A stretch of 64,000 bases of DNA from Planctomycetota bacterium (GTDB lineage Bacteria > Planctomycetota > PLA2 > JAEUHO01). The notes beneath the pieces were generated by a model that made no database searches, was not told the origin of the DNA, and was given only the letters and a program-made list of their open reading frames with translations. Positions 28,433 to 37,642 of this stretch are shown here, in pieces. Numbering within the stretch: the stretch's first letter is position 1; every line of letters begins with the position of its first letter. The DNA is taken from positions 1 to 64,000 of the forward strand of contig CBDCWP010000043.1 in assembly GCA_965223505.1 (NCBI GenBank), written 5' to 3'. The translations under genes and the position numbers were made by a program.

Positions 28433-31400
28433 CGAAGTCGCCGACATCCTGGGACGTTGGCGCGAAGAGGCCGAGCACGGCCGCTACATCGAGCCCGACT
28501 CGCTCCTGGAGAGCCACCCCGAGCACGCAGCTGCCCTCGCGGACGGCCTCGAGATGCAGGGGTTGGTCGACCAGTACTTCGCCGAAGAAGACGCGCTTCC
28601 CTTCCTCACGCCCGAGCGCCTTGGCGACTACCGAATCGTGCAGGAGATCGGCCGGGGCGGCATGGGCGTCGTCTACGAGGCAGAGCAGGAGTCCATGCAG
28701 CGCCGCGTCGCGCTCAAGGTGCTCTATCCGACCATTGCGACGACCGTGCGGACCCGCAAGCGTTTCGAGCGAGAGGCGCGCCTCACCGGGCGGCTGCACC
28801 ACACGAACATCGTGACCGTGCACGCGATGGGCCGGCAGGACGGCTACTTCTACTTCGTGATGGAGCTCGTGCGCGGGCGGCCCCTCGACGAGGTCATCGG
28901 TGGGATGCGTACGCTGCGGAACGGCGACGAGCTAGCCGAGACGCTGGAGGGCACGGCCGCAGAACTAAGTGGGCGTGGCTCCCACGAGCGGATCGCGCGC
29001 ATGGCGGCGGAGGTGGCCGACGCGCTGCAGGTGGCCCACGGCCAGGGCGTTATTCATCGAGACGTGAAGCCGAGCAATCTGGTCCTCGACGAGGAGGCTG
29101 TTCTCAAGCTGACCGACTTCGGACTTGCGCACCTGGTGGGGGAGGACCTAGGCGTTACCCGAACCGGTGAGGCCATCGGCACGCCCAGGTACATGAGCCC
29201 AGAGCAAGTCCGGGCCCGACGTGAGGACGTAGACCACCGCACGGACGTCTACTCACTCGGCGCAACCCTCTACGAGTTGCTCACGCTCGAGCCCCCGCAC
29301 GACGGCGCGGACATCGGCACGCTGTGCTCCCAGATCATCAGGGACGAGCCACGGGCCCTTCGCCAGCTCGATCCGTCGATCCCAATCGACCTCGCGACCA
29401 TCGTGGAGAAGGCACTGCAGAAGGAGCCGGCCGATCGCTACGCGTCGGCGGCCGACATGGCCCGGGACCTCCGGGCGTTCGCCGACAGGCGGCCGATCGA
29501 CGCGCGTCGGCCGACGTGGATGCGCAAGGCCGTGCGCGTGGTCCGGCGTCATCCGGTCCGCTCAGCCCTCGTGGCCACGATCGTCCTACTGGCCGCGCTC
29601 GGGGCCTGGCTCCACACGGAGTCGCGCGCCGAGACCGAGCGCCGCATCGACGCGGAGTACGAACTGCTGCTCGTCGAGGCGCAGGAGGGTCGCGTCCGGG
29701 GTAGAGGCCACGCCCTGGAAGGCGGTGGCGCCGTGCTAAGCGTGGCAGCGGACGGCGACGCCGTCCGAGGAACGCTCGACCGCGCGATCGCGCTGAGGTC
29801 TGACCGCTTCGAGGCGTGGTTCTTGCGCGCACTGCTTGCACCCGCTTCGGTGCCGCTTGACGAGTCCATTGCGGACGTAGAGCGTGCGCGGACCAGGGGG
29901 CTGCCGGAGCGCACGGCCCTACTGGCACGAGCGCACCTCATGCTACGAGGGCGCCGCGCCGACCTCGCGACCGAGCTTACCGAGCGCGCGCGCCGCTTGC
30001 CCCGGGGCAGCACCCGCGACACATTCTTCGAGGGCGACTTGCTCGTACGCCAGGGGCGCTGGGCCGAGGGGGTCAAGCTGCTTTCCGAGGTGCTTGCCGT
30101 GACTCCCGCGACGGAGGGCGTACACGTCATGGCGCTGATGTCGCGCGCACGGGCTGCCGAGGCGGCCGGTGAGTGGAGTGCCGCCGTCACGGACCTCGCG
30201 GCGGCTCTCCACCAGCGGCCGGGCGACGGCGCCCTCGGGCTGAGGCTTGCGGGCGCGTGGCGCCACCTAGGACAGGAGAAGGAGGCGGAGGAAGTCCTCC
30301 GCGAAACGCTTCAGCGGCTGGCTGCGGGCAGCCGCGAAGCGGACTGGTTGCACCTCCTGTTCCGGGCCGAGGGTTTGGTTTGGGCGGATTGGCGCCTGCG
30401 TATCCACGAGGCGGCACATGCATCCGTACCTTCATCCGGGCGTATCACCGCCCGCTACGCGGTCGAACTCGCCATCCAACGGGAGCACGAACGGGCTCTG
30501 GAACTCGCGTCGGCTGCCGCCAGGAGCGTAGCGCCACGCTGGCGACATCGGATCGATGCCCACCTCGCGCGGATCCACGTAGAGGGGGGCGATCATGGGA
30601 AGGCGCTGCGCCTGTGGCGCAGTCTGCTCGAGCGCCACCCGGATCGGCTCGAGTACCTTGTCAATGCCGGGTGCTGTCAGATGCGGCTCGGTGACCTCGA
30701 AGGGGCTGAGGCCTTCCTGCGGCACGCCGTGGGCGTGCAGGAACATGAGCCCACGGCCCAAGCGAACCTTGCCGATGTGCTGCTGCGCTCGGGGGCTCCC
30801 GAGGAGGCCCTCCCGCACGCCGAGCGCGCCGTGCACCTCGCGCGGGGGGCCTGGGGGATTCGGTTCGTGCTCGCCCAGGTCCTTCAGCAACTGGACCGCA
30901 AGGCCGATGCGCTCGCCGCGGTGAAAAGGGCCATGGATCTCTGCCGCGCCACGAAGTCGGCTCGCCAGCTCTCGGTTCTCTCGTGCCGCCTGGGCGAGAA
31001 CGGATGGCACGAGCAAGCCCTGACGCTCCTTAGGGAAGCGCTTGACCTGAATGCGGATGAGCCCCGCATTCACCACAATCTCGCCGTCGCCTACATGACC
31101 CTTGGGGATCACGATCAGGCGCTCGTGTTCACGCGGGAGGCGATCAAGCGCGATCCCGACGCGACGGACTACCACACGTTGGCGCTGCTCTTGAGTCGGC
31201 GAGGCGAGTGGCTCGAGTCGCTCCAGGCGTGCGAGCGTGCCGTGGATCTCGACGAGAGCCTGAAGCCAACGCTTGCGAAGATGCTGTACAACTGGGGCAA
31301 CTGGCACTACCGAGGCGGCCGCTACCGGAAAGCGGCGGAGAAGTACCGTGCGGCCCTCGCGCAAGATCCCTCCAACGTCCATGCACATGCCAACCTCGGC

Positions 31401-32063
31401 GCGATGCTCTATACGATTGGTGACTACGAAGGCGCCATAGCGGCATGCCGAGCTGCGCTGGCCCTCGATGAAGCGCACGCCAACGCACGGGGCAATCTCG
31501 CTCACGCGCTGCACGAGCAGCGCAAGCCCCGCGAGGCCATCGCCGAGTACGAGAAGGTGCTTGAGGCGCATCCGGGTCATGCGGGAGCGCGGACGGGGCT
31601 GGCGAAGTCGAGGACGCTGTTGTCTCTCGTGAAGCGCACGCCACGTGTGCTCGCGGGAGCGGAGCAGCCGCGCAACGCGTTGGACGCGCTCTACATGGCC
31701 GACTTCATCCTGACAGGGCCACCGCGCCGTCCTCGCGCGGCGCTCAAGCTCTACCGCCTTGCGTTCCAGCAGGACGCGCGCTTGATGAACGCCCGGAGCG
31801 GTAGCCGCTACAACGCTGCCTGTGCAGCCGTGCTCAGCGAGGAGTACGAGACGGCCCTTACGTGGCTGGAGGCCGACCTGATCGCGTGGAAGGCTATGCT
31901 GCGCACCGCTCCGGCTGACGCTGCCTACACGCTTTCGCACTGGCAGCGCGACGGTGACCTGAAGGCAGTTCGTGAGGGAGACGATCTGGGTGAGCGCGCG
32001 ACTCGACTCTGGCGCGAGGTCGCACGGGTACTGAAGCAGGCGCAAGACGCGACTGCGAAGTAG
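28419..32063 (+). CDS. Ser/Thr kinase with TM helix and TPR repeats
   Basis: IGRGGMGVVY, HRDVKPSN, DFG, GTPRYMSPE; hydrophobic SALVATIVLLAALGAWL; many TPRs; overlaps the ECF stop. Confidence 0.9.
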   Translation: MDPADEVADILGRWREEAEHGRYIEPDSLLESHPEHAAALADGLEMQGLVDQYFAEEDALPFLTPERLGDYRIVQEIGRGGMGVVYEAEQESMQRRVALKVLYPTIATTVRTRKRFEREARLTGRLHHTNIVTVHAMGRQDGYFYFVMELVRGRPLDEVIGGMRTLRNGDELAETLEGTAAELSGRGSHERIARMAAEVADALQVAHGQGVIHRDVKPSNLVLDEEAVLKLTDFGLAHLVGEDLGVTRTGEAIGTPRYMSPEQVRARREDVDHRTDVYSLGATLYELLTLEPPHDGADIGTLCSQIIRDEPRALRQLDPSIPIDLATIVEKALQKEPADRYASAADMARDLRAFADRRPIDARRPTWMRKAVRVVRRHPVRSALVATIVLLAALGAWLHTESRAETERRIDAEYELLLVEAQEGRVRGRGHALEGGGAVLSVAADGDAVRGTLDRAIALRSDRFEAWFLRALLAPASVPLDESIADVERARTRGLPERTALLARAHLMLRGRRADLATELTERARRLPRGSTRDTFFEGDLLVRQGRWAEGVKLLSEVLAVTPATEGVHVMALMSRARAAEAAGEWSAAVTDLAAALHQRPGDGALGLRLAGAWRHLGQEKEAEEVLRETLQRLAAGSREADWLHLLFRAEGLVWADWRLRIHEAAHASVPSSGRITARYAVELAIQREHERALELASAAARSVAPRWRHRIDAHLARIHVEGGDHGKALRLWRSLLERHPDRLEYLVNAGCCQMRLGDLEGAEAFLRHAVGVQEHEPTAQANLADVLLRSGAPEEALPHAERAVHLARGAWGIRFVLAQVLQQLDRKADALAAVKRAMDLCRATKSARQLSVLSCRLGENGWHEQALTLLREALDLNADEPRIHHNLAVAYMTLGDHDQALVFTREAIKRDPDATDYHTLALLLSRRGEWLESLQACERAVDLDESLKPTLAKMLYNWGNWHYRGGRYRKAAEKYRAALAQDPSNVHAHANLGAMLYTIGDYEGAIAACRAALALDEAHANARGNLAHALHEQRKPREAIAEYEKVLEAHPGHAGARTGLAKSRTLLSLVKRTPRVLAGAEQPRNALDALYMADFILTGPPRRPRAALKLYRLAFQQDARLMNARSGSRYNAACAAVLSEEYETALTWLEADLIAWKAMLRTAPADAAYTLSHWQRDGDLKAVREGDDLGERATRLWREVARVLKQAQDATAK

Positions 32064-32296
32064 CTGCTCGCCCTCCCGTCGAACCGGCCGGCGGCAAGCA
32101 AGTGAAGGAAGAGTGGTCGTGCGACTGGGTGACCAGCAGCAGATCGAGCTAGGGGTCATCGGTGTCTGGCAATGCCGTTCCAGGTCCGGCGTGAACGACC
32201 CGTGACGTAGAAAACGGGCATCCTGTGTTCGGGGCACGCCGAAGAGTACAGATGGCCTTCCGGCAAGCGCTGACGAGACTCAACTCATTTTTCGGT

Positions 32297-32632
32297 TTAG
32301 GGCGCCCTCTCCGGAACTGTAGATAGCCGTGCTGCCAGGAGCGCCCACGCCGGTTCCGCTAGGCCAAATGCCTTGAGCATCAGTTCCCTCGTCTGCGGAA
32401 GGTGGATGGCGCTTGCGTCGAGGGCAGGCTCGTCTAGTTCGTCAAGGTGCCGGTCGGTCGTGCCCGCGCGCCCAGGGAACTCGAAGGTCGCTTCCGTCGA
32501 TCCTCGTCCGACCTGAGCGCTGTCGTACAGCGACATGGGTCGAAAAACGAACTCGCGGCCGTCGATCACCTCCCTCTTGAAGATCTCGTCTGCCACCGCC
32601 TCCCAGTCGCCGTCACGGCCGCCCTCGCGCAT
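32297..32632 (-). CDS. Hypothetical protein
   Basis: 111-aa ORF just downstream of the TIR gene on the same strand; no recognised motif. Confidence 0.3.
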   Translation of the reverse strand: MREGGRDGDWEAVADEIFKREVIDGREFVFRPMSLYDSAQVGRGSTEATFEFPGRAGTTDRHLDELDEPALDASAIHLPQTRELMLKAFGLAEPAWALLAARLSTVPERAP

Positions 32633-32683
32633 TCGCTTCTTCTTCGGCGCCGCCGCATCGCGCTCCTTGCGGATGCCCCTGCT

Positions 32684-33127
32684 CTAGGCGTTTGCGGCAC
32701 GGTCCAGCTTGACACAAACTTCGCTGAGGATGGCCTCTCTCTCTTGCGGCGACTTTCGATTTAACGCCACACTCGTGTCGTACGCAGCCTGGTAGGCGTT
32801 GATTTGTGTATTCTCGTAGTTGCAGGAGCCGAAGTAGATCCAGAAGATCGTCGCTCCGTCCTTCTGAGCAGCATCGAGCAACGGAAACCATTCCACTTTC
32901 TTGATGAACTCCGACGCAAAGAAGTTCTTCGTAACGACCAAGACGGCGACTTTCGCTCGCCCCAGCGCCTTTTTGATCTCGTCTTCCCAGATCTCACCGG
33001 GCTGAATCTCCGTGTCGTCCCAGACTCGAAGACCCTGATCGATGAACGGATCGAGCATCGTCTTCAACTCGTCTCGCCACTGGCGGTCCTTATGGCTATA
33101 GCTGATGAAGACTCCATTGCGTGCCAT
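32684..33127 (-). CDS. Stand-alone TIR domain protein
   Basis: VFISYSHKD, WDD..I.PG..W..EI..AL, ASEFI..VE; RBS GGAGGTG; visibly lower GC. Confidence 0.9.
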   Translation of the reverse strand: MARNGVFISYSHKDRQWRDELKTMLDPFIDQGLRVWDDTEIQPGEIWEDEIKKALGRAKVAVLVVTKNFFASEFIKKVEWFPLLDAAQKDGATIFWIYFGSCNYENTQINAYQAAYDTSVALNRKSPQEREAILSEVCVKLDRAANA

Positions 33128-33475
33128 CAAGCACCTCCGGTGTAGTTGAGTTGAGGATGGGCTGCATTGCAGCTTCGAACGGGGCGCCTGGTGGGTCCCG
33201 ACGCTTGACCATGGCGGCGATCGCATGCTCAAGCAGTCGCTCGGTCACTTCCGGACCTCCCGTGCGCCCCTCTGGTTCAGTACTGCGCGATGCCATCTTG
33301 TAACCGGCAGAGGGAGCGCGTACCTCGGCCTCTCGCTTGAACCGAGCGAGCAGGCCTGGATCGGTGCAGAGCCGGCGGAAGGACCTTGCTGCTTGGCCCC
33401 GCTCGTGGCCCCCGCAAACCTGTAGGGATGCTACAAGTCCCAGATCGCTGGGGGCGGGGCGAGGTGCAGAGCGCC

Positions 33476-33541
33476 CTTCAGAACCGCTGTGTCCCTGGGC
33501 AACCTGCGATAGGAGGGTTCGATTCCCTTGCTCTCCCGACA
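33476..33541 (+). repeat. att-like copy of tRNA-Sec from the anticodon loop to the 3' end
   Basis: 62/66 identical to 10972-11037. Confidence 0.92.
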
Positions 33542-33768
33542 CTACTTCTTGGGATCTGGGGGTGAGGTGGCCCGGCGAGTCAGCGGTCCCGCCACTGGGA
33601 CGAGGTACTCGCGAAGTGGGCACTCTGGTGGGCACACTACGGCCGATGACCAAGCGAGCTGTGCGGCCGCGCGTGGTTGTGCTCCCGGCGCCATTGCTTC
33701 GGCCCTGAGCCGGTCCGGTGGCACGTCCGGAGGGCGTTTCGTATGCTCCCCGACCATTGGAGAGCACG

Positions 33769-36420
33769 ATGCTCGAGCCGGGTCAGACCGTCCTCCACTA
33801 CGAACTGATCGAAGAGTTGGGCGAGGGCGGCATGGGCGCCGTGTGGCTCGCCAGGGACACGACGCTCGACCGCGCCGCCGCCATCAAGGTGCTTCCTGGC
33901 CGCTTGGCGGAGGACGAGCAGTTCCGCGCGCGTTTCGACCGTGAAGCGAAGCTGCTCGCGTCGCTCGACCACCCGAACCTCGCCACAGTCTTTGGCATCC
34001 ACAAGTTTGCAGACGCGCACTTCATCGCGATGGAGTACGTCCCGGGCGAGGACCTGTCGACGCGGCTCGAGCGCGGGCCGCTGCCCGTCGACGAAGCGAT
34101 CGCAGTCTGCGAGCAGGTCGCCTCGGTTCTAGAGTCGGCACACGAGGGCGGCGTGATCCACCGCGACCTCAAACCCGCGAACGTCCGCATCACGCCGGAC
34201 GGACGGGTGAAGGTGCTCGACTTCGGACTCGCGAAGGCGGTCGCGGCAGGCACCGAGGATGTTGACGTCTCGCTCACGGCAAGCGGCGTGCTGCTGGGGA
34301 CCGTCCCGTACATGAGCCCCGAGCAGGCGCGTGGTGAGGCCGTCGACGGTCGAACCGACATCTGGTCATTCGGGTGCCTACTCTTCGAGTGCCTGACCGG
34401 CAAGCACCCGTTCCCCGCATCGACCGTCTCGGACCAGATCGCGGCGATCCTGACAAAGGAACCCGACTGGAGTCTCTTGCCACCCGACCTGCCCGGGCCC
34501 GTGCGCGTCATCTTGAGGCAGTCACTTCAGAAGCCGGTCGACCAGCGCCTGAGCCACGTGTCAGGCGCACGGGTCGGGCTCGAGACGGCCGCCTTGGATC
34601 CGCCTCCCCGGAAGCCCGACAGGAGCAGGCTCCCGGTGCCGCTATCGGCCATCCTGGTGATCGGCATGATGGGTCTGTTGGCGTGGATCTTCACCCAGGG
34701 CGGCACGCAGCCGCCGAGGGGCAGCGTGCTCGAGGGTTACACGACGACGCGTTTCACCAACTTCCCGGGCGAGGAGATCGATGCCGCGATCTCGCCCAAC
34801 GGCGAGTTCGTCGCGTTCCTGGCCGACCGCAGGGTGACCAACCACGGCGCCGAGGAACTCGACGGCATCTTCCACGTCTTCCGCGGCCAGATCAGCACGC
34901 ACACGTTCGACCAGGTGAGCAAGGCGAGCGGCGAGGCGGGGATCGACGCGCCCATGCTCACGGTCCGGCGGCTCGGATTCCTGGGCGATGAGATGGGCCT
35001 GTGGGTCAGCGGCATCTTCCGGCACCTACGCCGGGTCTCGTTCGTCGGGTCCAAGGAGACGGACTGGCTCGAGCGGGGGATGATCCACGTCGATTGGTCC
35101 CCCGACGGCAAGCAGATCGTGTTCAGCCACATGCTCAACGGGGATCCGGTGTACGTGACCGAAGCCAGCTCCGCCCCCATCCCGACACCCGAGAAGCCGA
35201 TCCTCGGCTCCGAGGAGGGGTACCACCAGCACTTCCCCACGTGGTCTCGGGACGGCAAGTGGATCTACCTGATCCGGGGCATCGTAGCGTTCGGCGAGAT
35301 GGACCTCTGGCGCGTACGCCCGGACGGCAGCGATCCGCACCAGCTCTCGAGAGACCTGCGCAACGTCGCCTATCCCGTCCCGATGGACAAACGCACCGTG
35401 CTTTTCGTCGCCGAGACCGCGGACGGCAGCGGCCCCTGGCTCTGGGAGTTCGACGTCCCGTCGCGGACCGCGAAGCGTGTGCAGACTGGCGCCGACCGGT
35501 ACCTCTCACTCTCCGCGAGCCGCGACCTTAGCCGACTCGTCGCGACGGTGTCGAACCCGACTGCTTCGCTGTTCACAATCCCGCTCAGGAAGTTGGAGGC
35601 CGAGGGCAAAGCGACCGAGGCCGAGGTGAAGCCCTATCCGCTTCCGGCGGTGCGCGCGCTGTGCCCGCGCTTCCGCGGCGACGTGCTCTACTTTCTTTCC
35701 TCGCGCGGCGCCGGCGACGGGCTCTGGCGCCACGAGCGCGGCGCCTCCCAGCCGCAGGAGATCTGGTCGCCGCGCCAGGGCCCCATCCTCGAGCCCCCCG
35801 CGATCTCGCCGGACGGGACCCACGTCGCGCTCGTGGCACGCACACCGAAGCCTGAGCTTTACGTGATCAACGCGAACGGAAAGACGAGAACCCGGATCAT
35901 GGCGGACGTCGAGGTGCTCGGCGCGCCAGCGTGGTCCCACGACAGCGAGGCGGTGTATTGCGGTGGCCGGCGGAACGGCGAGCCCGGGCTGTTCCGCGCA
36001 ACGCGCGAGGATGGCTGGAAGGCCGCGCTCCTGGTTCGGGCGCAGGCCACCAACCCCGTCTGCTCGTCGGACGGCGAGCTGATCTTGTTCGTGGGCCGCC
36101 ACGTCGCCACGGGGCAGCGCCTCTTCGCAGCCACGCCGGACGGTACGCAGAAGAAGGACTTCCCCCCGATCTGGACCCGTCCCTTCGGCGAGCGTGTCCG
36201 GTTCCTGCCCGACGGGTCGGGATTCGTCTACATGAGGGGCGTCGATCCCACGCAGGAGTTCCGCTACTTCGACCTCAAGACCGGCAAGGACATCGAGATC
36301 TCCGCCCTCGAGGACTCGTCCGTCATGCGCACGTTTGACATCACGCCCGACGGCAAGTCCATCGTCTTCGGCCGCCAGCGCGCCAACGCAGACATCGTGC
36401 TGATCCAGCGCGAAGACTAG
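33769..36420 (+). CDS. Ser/Thr kinase with TM helix and TolB/PD40-like beta-propeller
   Basis: LGEGGMGAV, HRDLKPAN, DFG, GTVPYMSPE; repeated SPDG/WSPDG motifs. Confidence 0.9.
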   Translation: MLEPGQTVLHYELIEELGEGGMGAVWLARDTTLDRAAAIKVLPGRLAEDEQFRARFDREAKLLASLDHPNLATVFGIHKFADAHFIAMEYVPGEDLSTRLERGPLPVDEAIAVCEQVASVLESAHEGGVIHRDLKPANVRITPDGRVKVLDFGLAKAVAAGTEDVDVSLTASGVLLGTVPYMSPEQARGEAVDGRTDIWSFGCLLFECLTGKHPFPASTVSDQIAAILTKEPDWSLLPPDLPGPVRVILRQSLQKPVDQRLSHVSGARVGLETAALDPPPRKPDRSRLPVPLSAILVIGMMGLLAWIFTQGGTQPPRGSVLEGYTTTRFTNFPGEEIDAAISPNGEFVAFLADRRVTNHGAEELDGIFHVFRGQISTHTFDQVSKASGEAGIDAPMLTVRRLGFLGDEMGLWVSGIFRHLRRVSFVGSKETDWLERGMIHVDWSPDGKQIVFSHMLNGDPVYVTEASSAPIPTPEKPILGSEEGYHQHFPTWSRDGKWIYLIRGIVAFGEMDLWRVRPDGSDPHQLSRDLRNVAYPVPMDKRTVLFVAETADGSGPWLWEFDVPSRTAKRVQTGADRYLSLSASRDLSRLVATVSNPTASLFTIPLRKLEAEGKATEAEVKPYPLPAVRALCPRFRGDVLYFLSSRGAGDGLWRHERGASQPQEIWSPRQGPILEPPAISPDGTHVALVARTPKPELYVINANGKTRTRIMADVEVLGAPAWSHDSEAVYCGGRRNGEPGLFRATREDGWKAALLVRAQATNPVCSSDGELILFVGRHVATGQRLFAATPDGTQKKDFPPIWTRPFGERVRFLPDGSGFVYMRGVDPTQEFRYFDLKTGKDIEISALEDSSVMRTFDITPDGKSIVFGRQRANADIVLIQRED

Positions 36421-36733
36421 AACCCTGGACCTCGGGAACTGACCACTCGCTGTGGGCTCCAAGGGAGTACGTCCCGGCGGCAGAGGAACGGTAGGCAGCC
36501 TTGCACGACGCCACGCGTCGTCTCTGTGAGGTGCGCCACATGCCTCGACGCCGCCGGGTTGGCCGCACCGTCCGGGCGCGCGCTGCGGATCGACCGGGAT
36601 CGCAGACGTCGGTATCGCCACGCGCAACGAGGGTAGCGGGGGGCACTCCGTTACTGCAGACGGGTCCCTTGCTCTCGCCGGCACGATCATCACCGAGTAT
36701 CCCTCCGGGCCCCCGGAGCATGAGTCCTACCTT

Positions 36734-36934
36734 GTGCGGTTCACCAGTCAGGGCGCCTTGGACACGTCGTTCGGCACCTTGGGCTTCGGCGAGGGGCTTC
36801 CGCTGCTCGACTCGCACGTCGCTCAGGCGCTTGCGCTGACGGGCGCCGGGGACATAGTCGTTGCGGGAATCATCGAGGACTTCGTCGACGAGTCGGGACG
36901 CAGCATGTTCGTTGCCCGCTGGTGCGGCAACTGA
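36734..36934 (+). pseudogene. C-terminal remnant of a delta-60 repeat gene
   Basis: RFTSQGALDTSFG..G.GE ... FVARWCGN matches the end of 26234-27610 (RLNADGSLDAGFG..GEGE ... FAARWCGG). Confidence 0.65.
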
Positions 36935-37172
36935 TCACTTCTTGTCTCTGCGAGTGCAACCGGGGGCGTCGTCGATGGGCGACGCCCCCTTCGTTTTCGT
37001 GTCGATTGCACTGCATGTGATCCGCCTGTGACACGCCGTTCGCCTTGCGAGCGTTCGGGGCACGTCGGCGGCACACGGAGCCATGACAGCTAGGAGCGAC
37101 TGCACGCGCTCGGTGTGCGCCCAGTTGAAGGCGGCAGGCGCCGCCGCCGGGTCGCCGCTATGCTCTCTCGCA

Positions 37173-37511
37173 ATGCCCCTTCCCGCCCTCATTCGCAGGT
37201 TGCTCGATGCCAAACTCGCCGGCTGGTGCGAAGAACGTGTGCCCGAACACATCCGCCAGCAACTTCGGTACGAGCACACGATCAGAGGGAACGCCGCTAC
37301 GATCGTGGAAATACGTCCGATTTGGGACGGCTCGCCGGGAGAGACGCGGAGCAAGGTCGCACAGATTCGCTACGAAAACGACGTCTTCGCCTTGTATTGC
37401 CCCGATCGGAACGGGCGGTGGCACTTCTTCGAGCCGTTCCCGCCGACCAAGGACCTCGACGCCGTGCTCACTGAGATCGAAGTCGACCGGACGGGGATCT
37501 TCTTCGGGTGA
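37173..37511 (+). CDS. DUF3024 family protein
   Basis: RVPEHIR.QLR.E, I.E.RP.W, LY..DRNGRWH, D.TGIFFG. Confidence 0.8.
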   Translation: MPLPALIRRLLDAKLAGWCEERVPEHIRQQLRYEHTIRGNAATIVEIRPIWDGSPGETRSKVAQIRYENDVFALYCPDRNGRWHFFEPFPPTKDLDAVLTEIEVDRTGIFFG

Positions 37512-37642
37512 GCGATCGTAGACGCCGTGCTTCGGGTGAAGCGCGCCCGAGCACGCTTCGCGAGCGGGGCGCAGCACGCCACACCGGGGCCACTGTCCCG
37601 CCTCGCTGCGAACCGAGCGCCGCGAATCGTGTCCAAGCACGC

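Larger units (their letters stand above)
26105..33541. mobile_element. Second accessory segment between selC-derived repeats (no integrase of its own)
   Basis: Bounded by tRNA 3' copies at 26059-26104 and 33476-33541. Confidence 0.65.

Noticed and set aside
11038..33541. Intact prophage or conjugative element
   Set aside because: No capsid, terminase, tail, relaxase or type IV secretion genes recognised.
26059..33541. Additional functional tRNA genes
   Set aside because: Both copies lack the 5' half; the 33476 copy also has an altered anticodon loop and ends GACA.
26167..37143. Second TR/VR pair (three A/G differences in a 25-bp repeat)
   Set aside because: Too short, intergenic, transitions only, and not at a gene 3' coding end.
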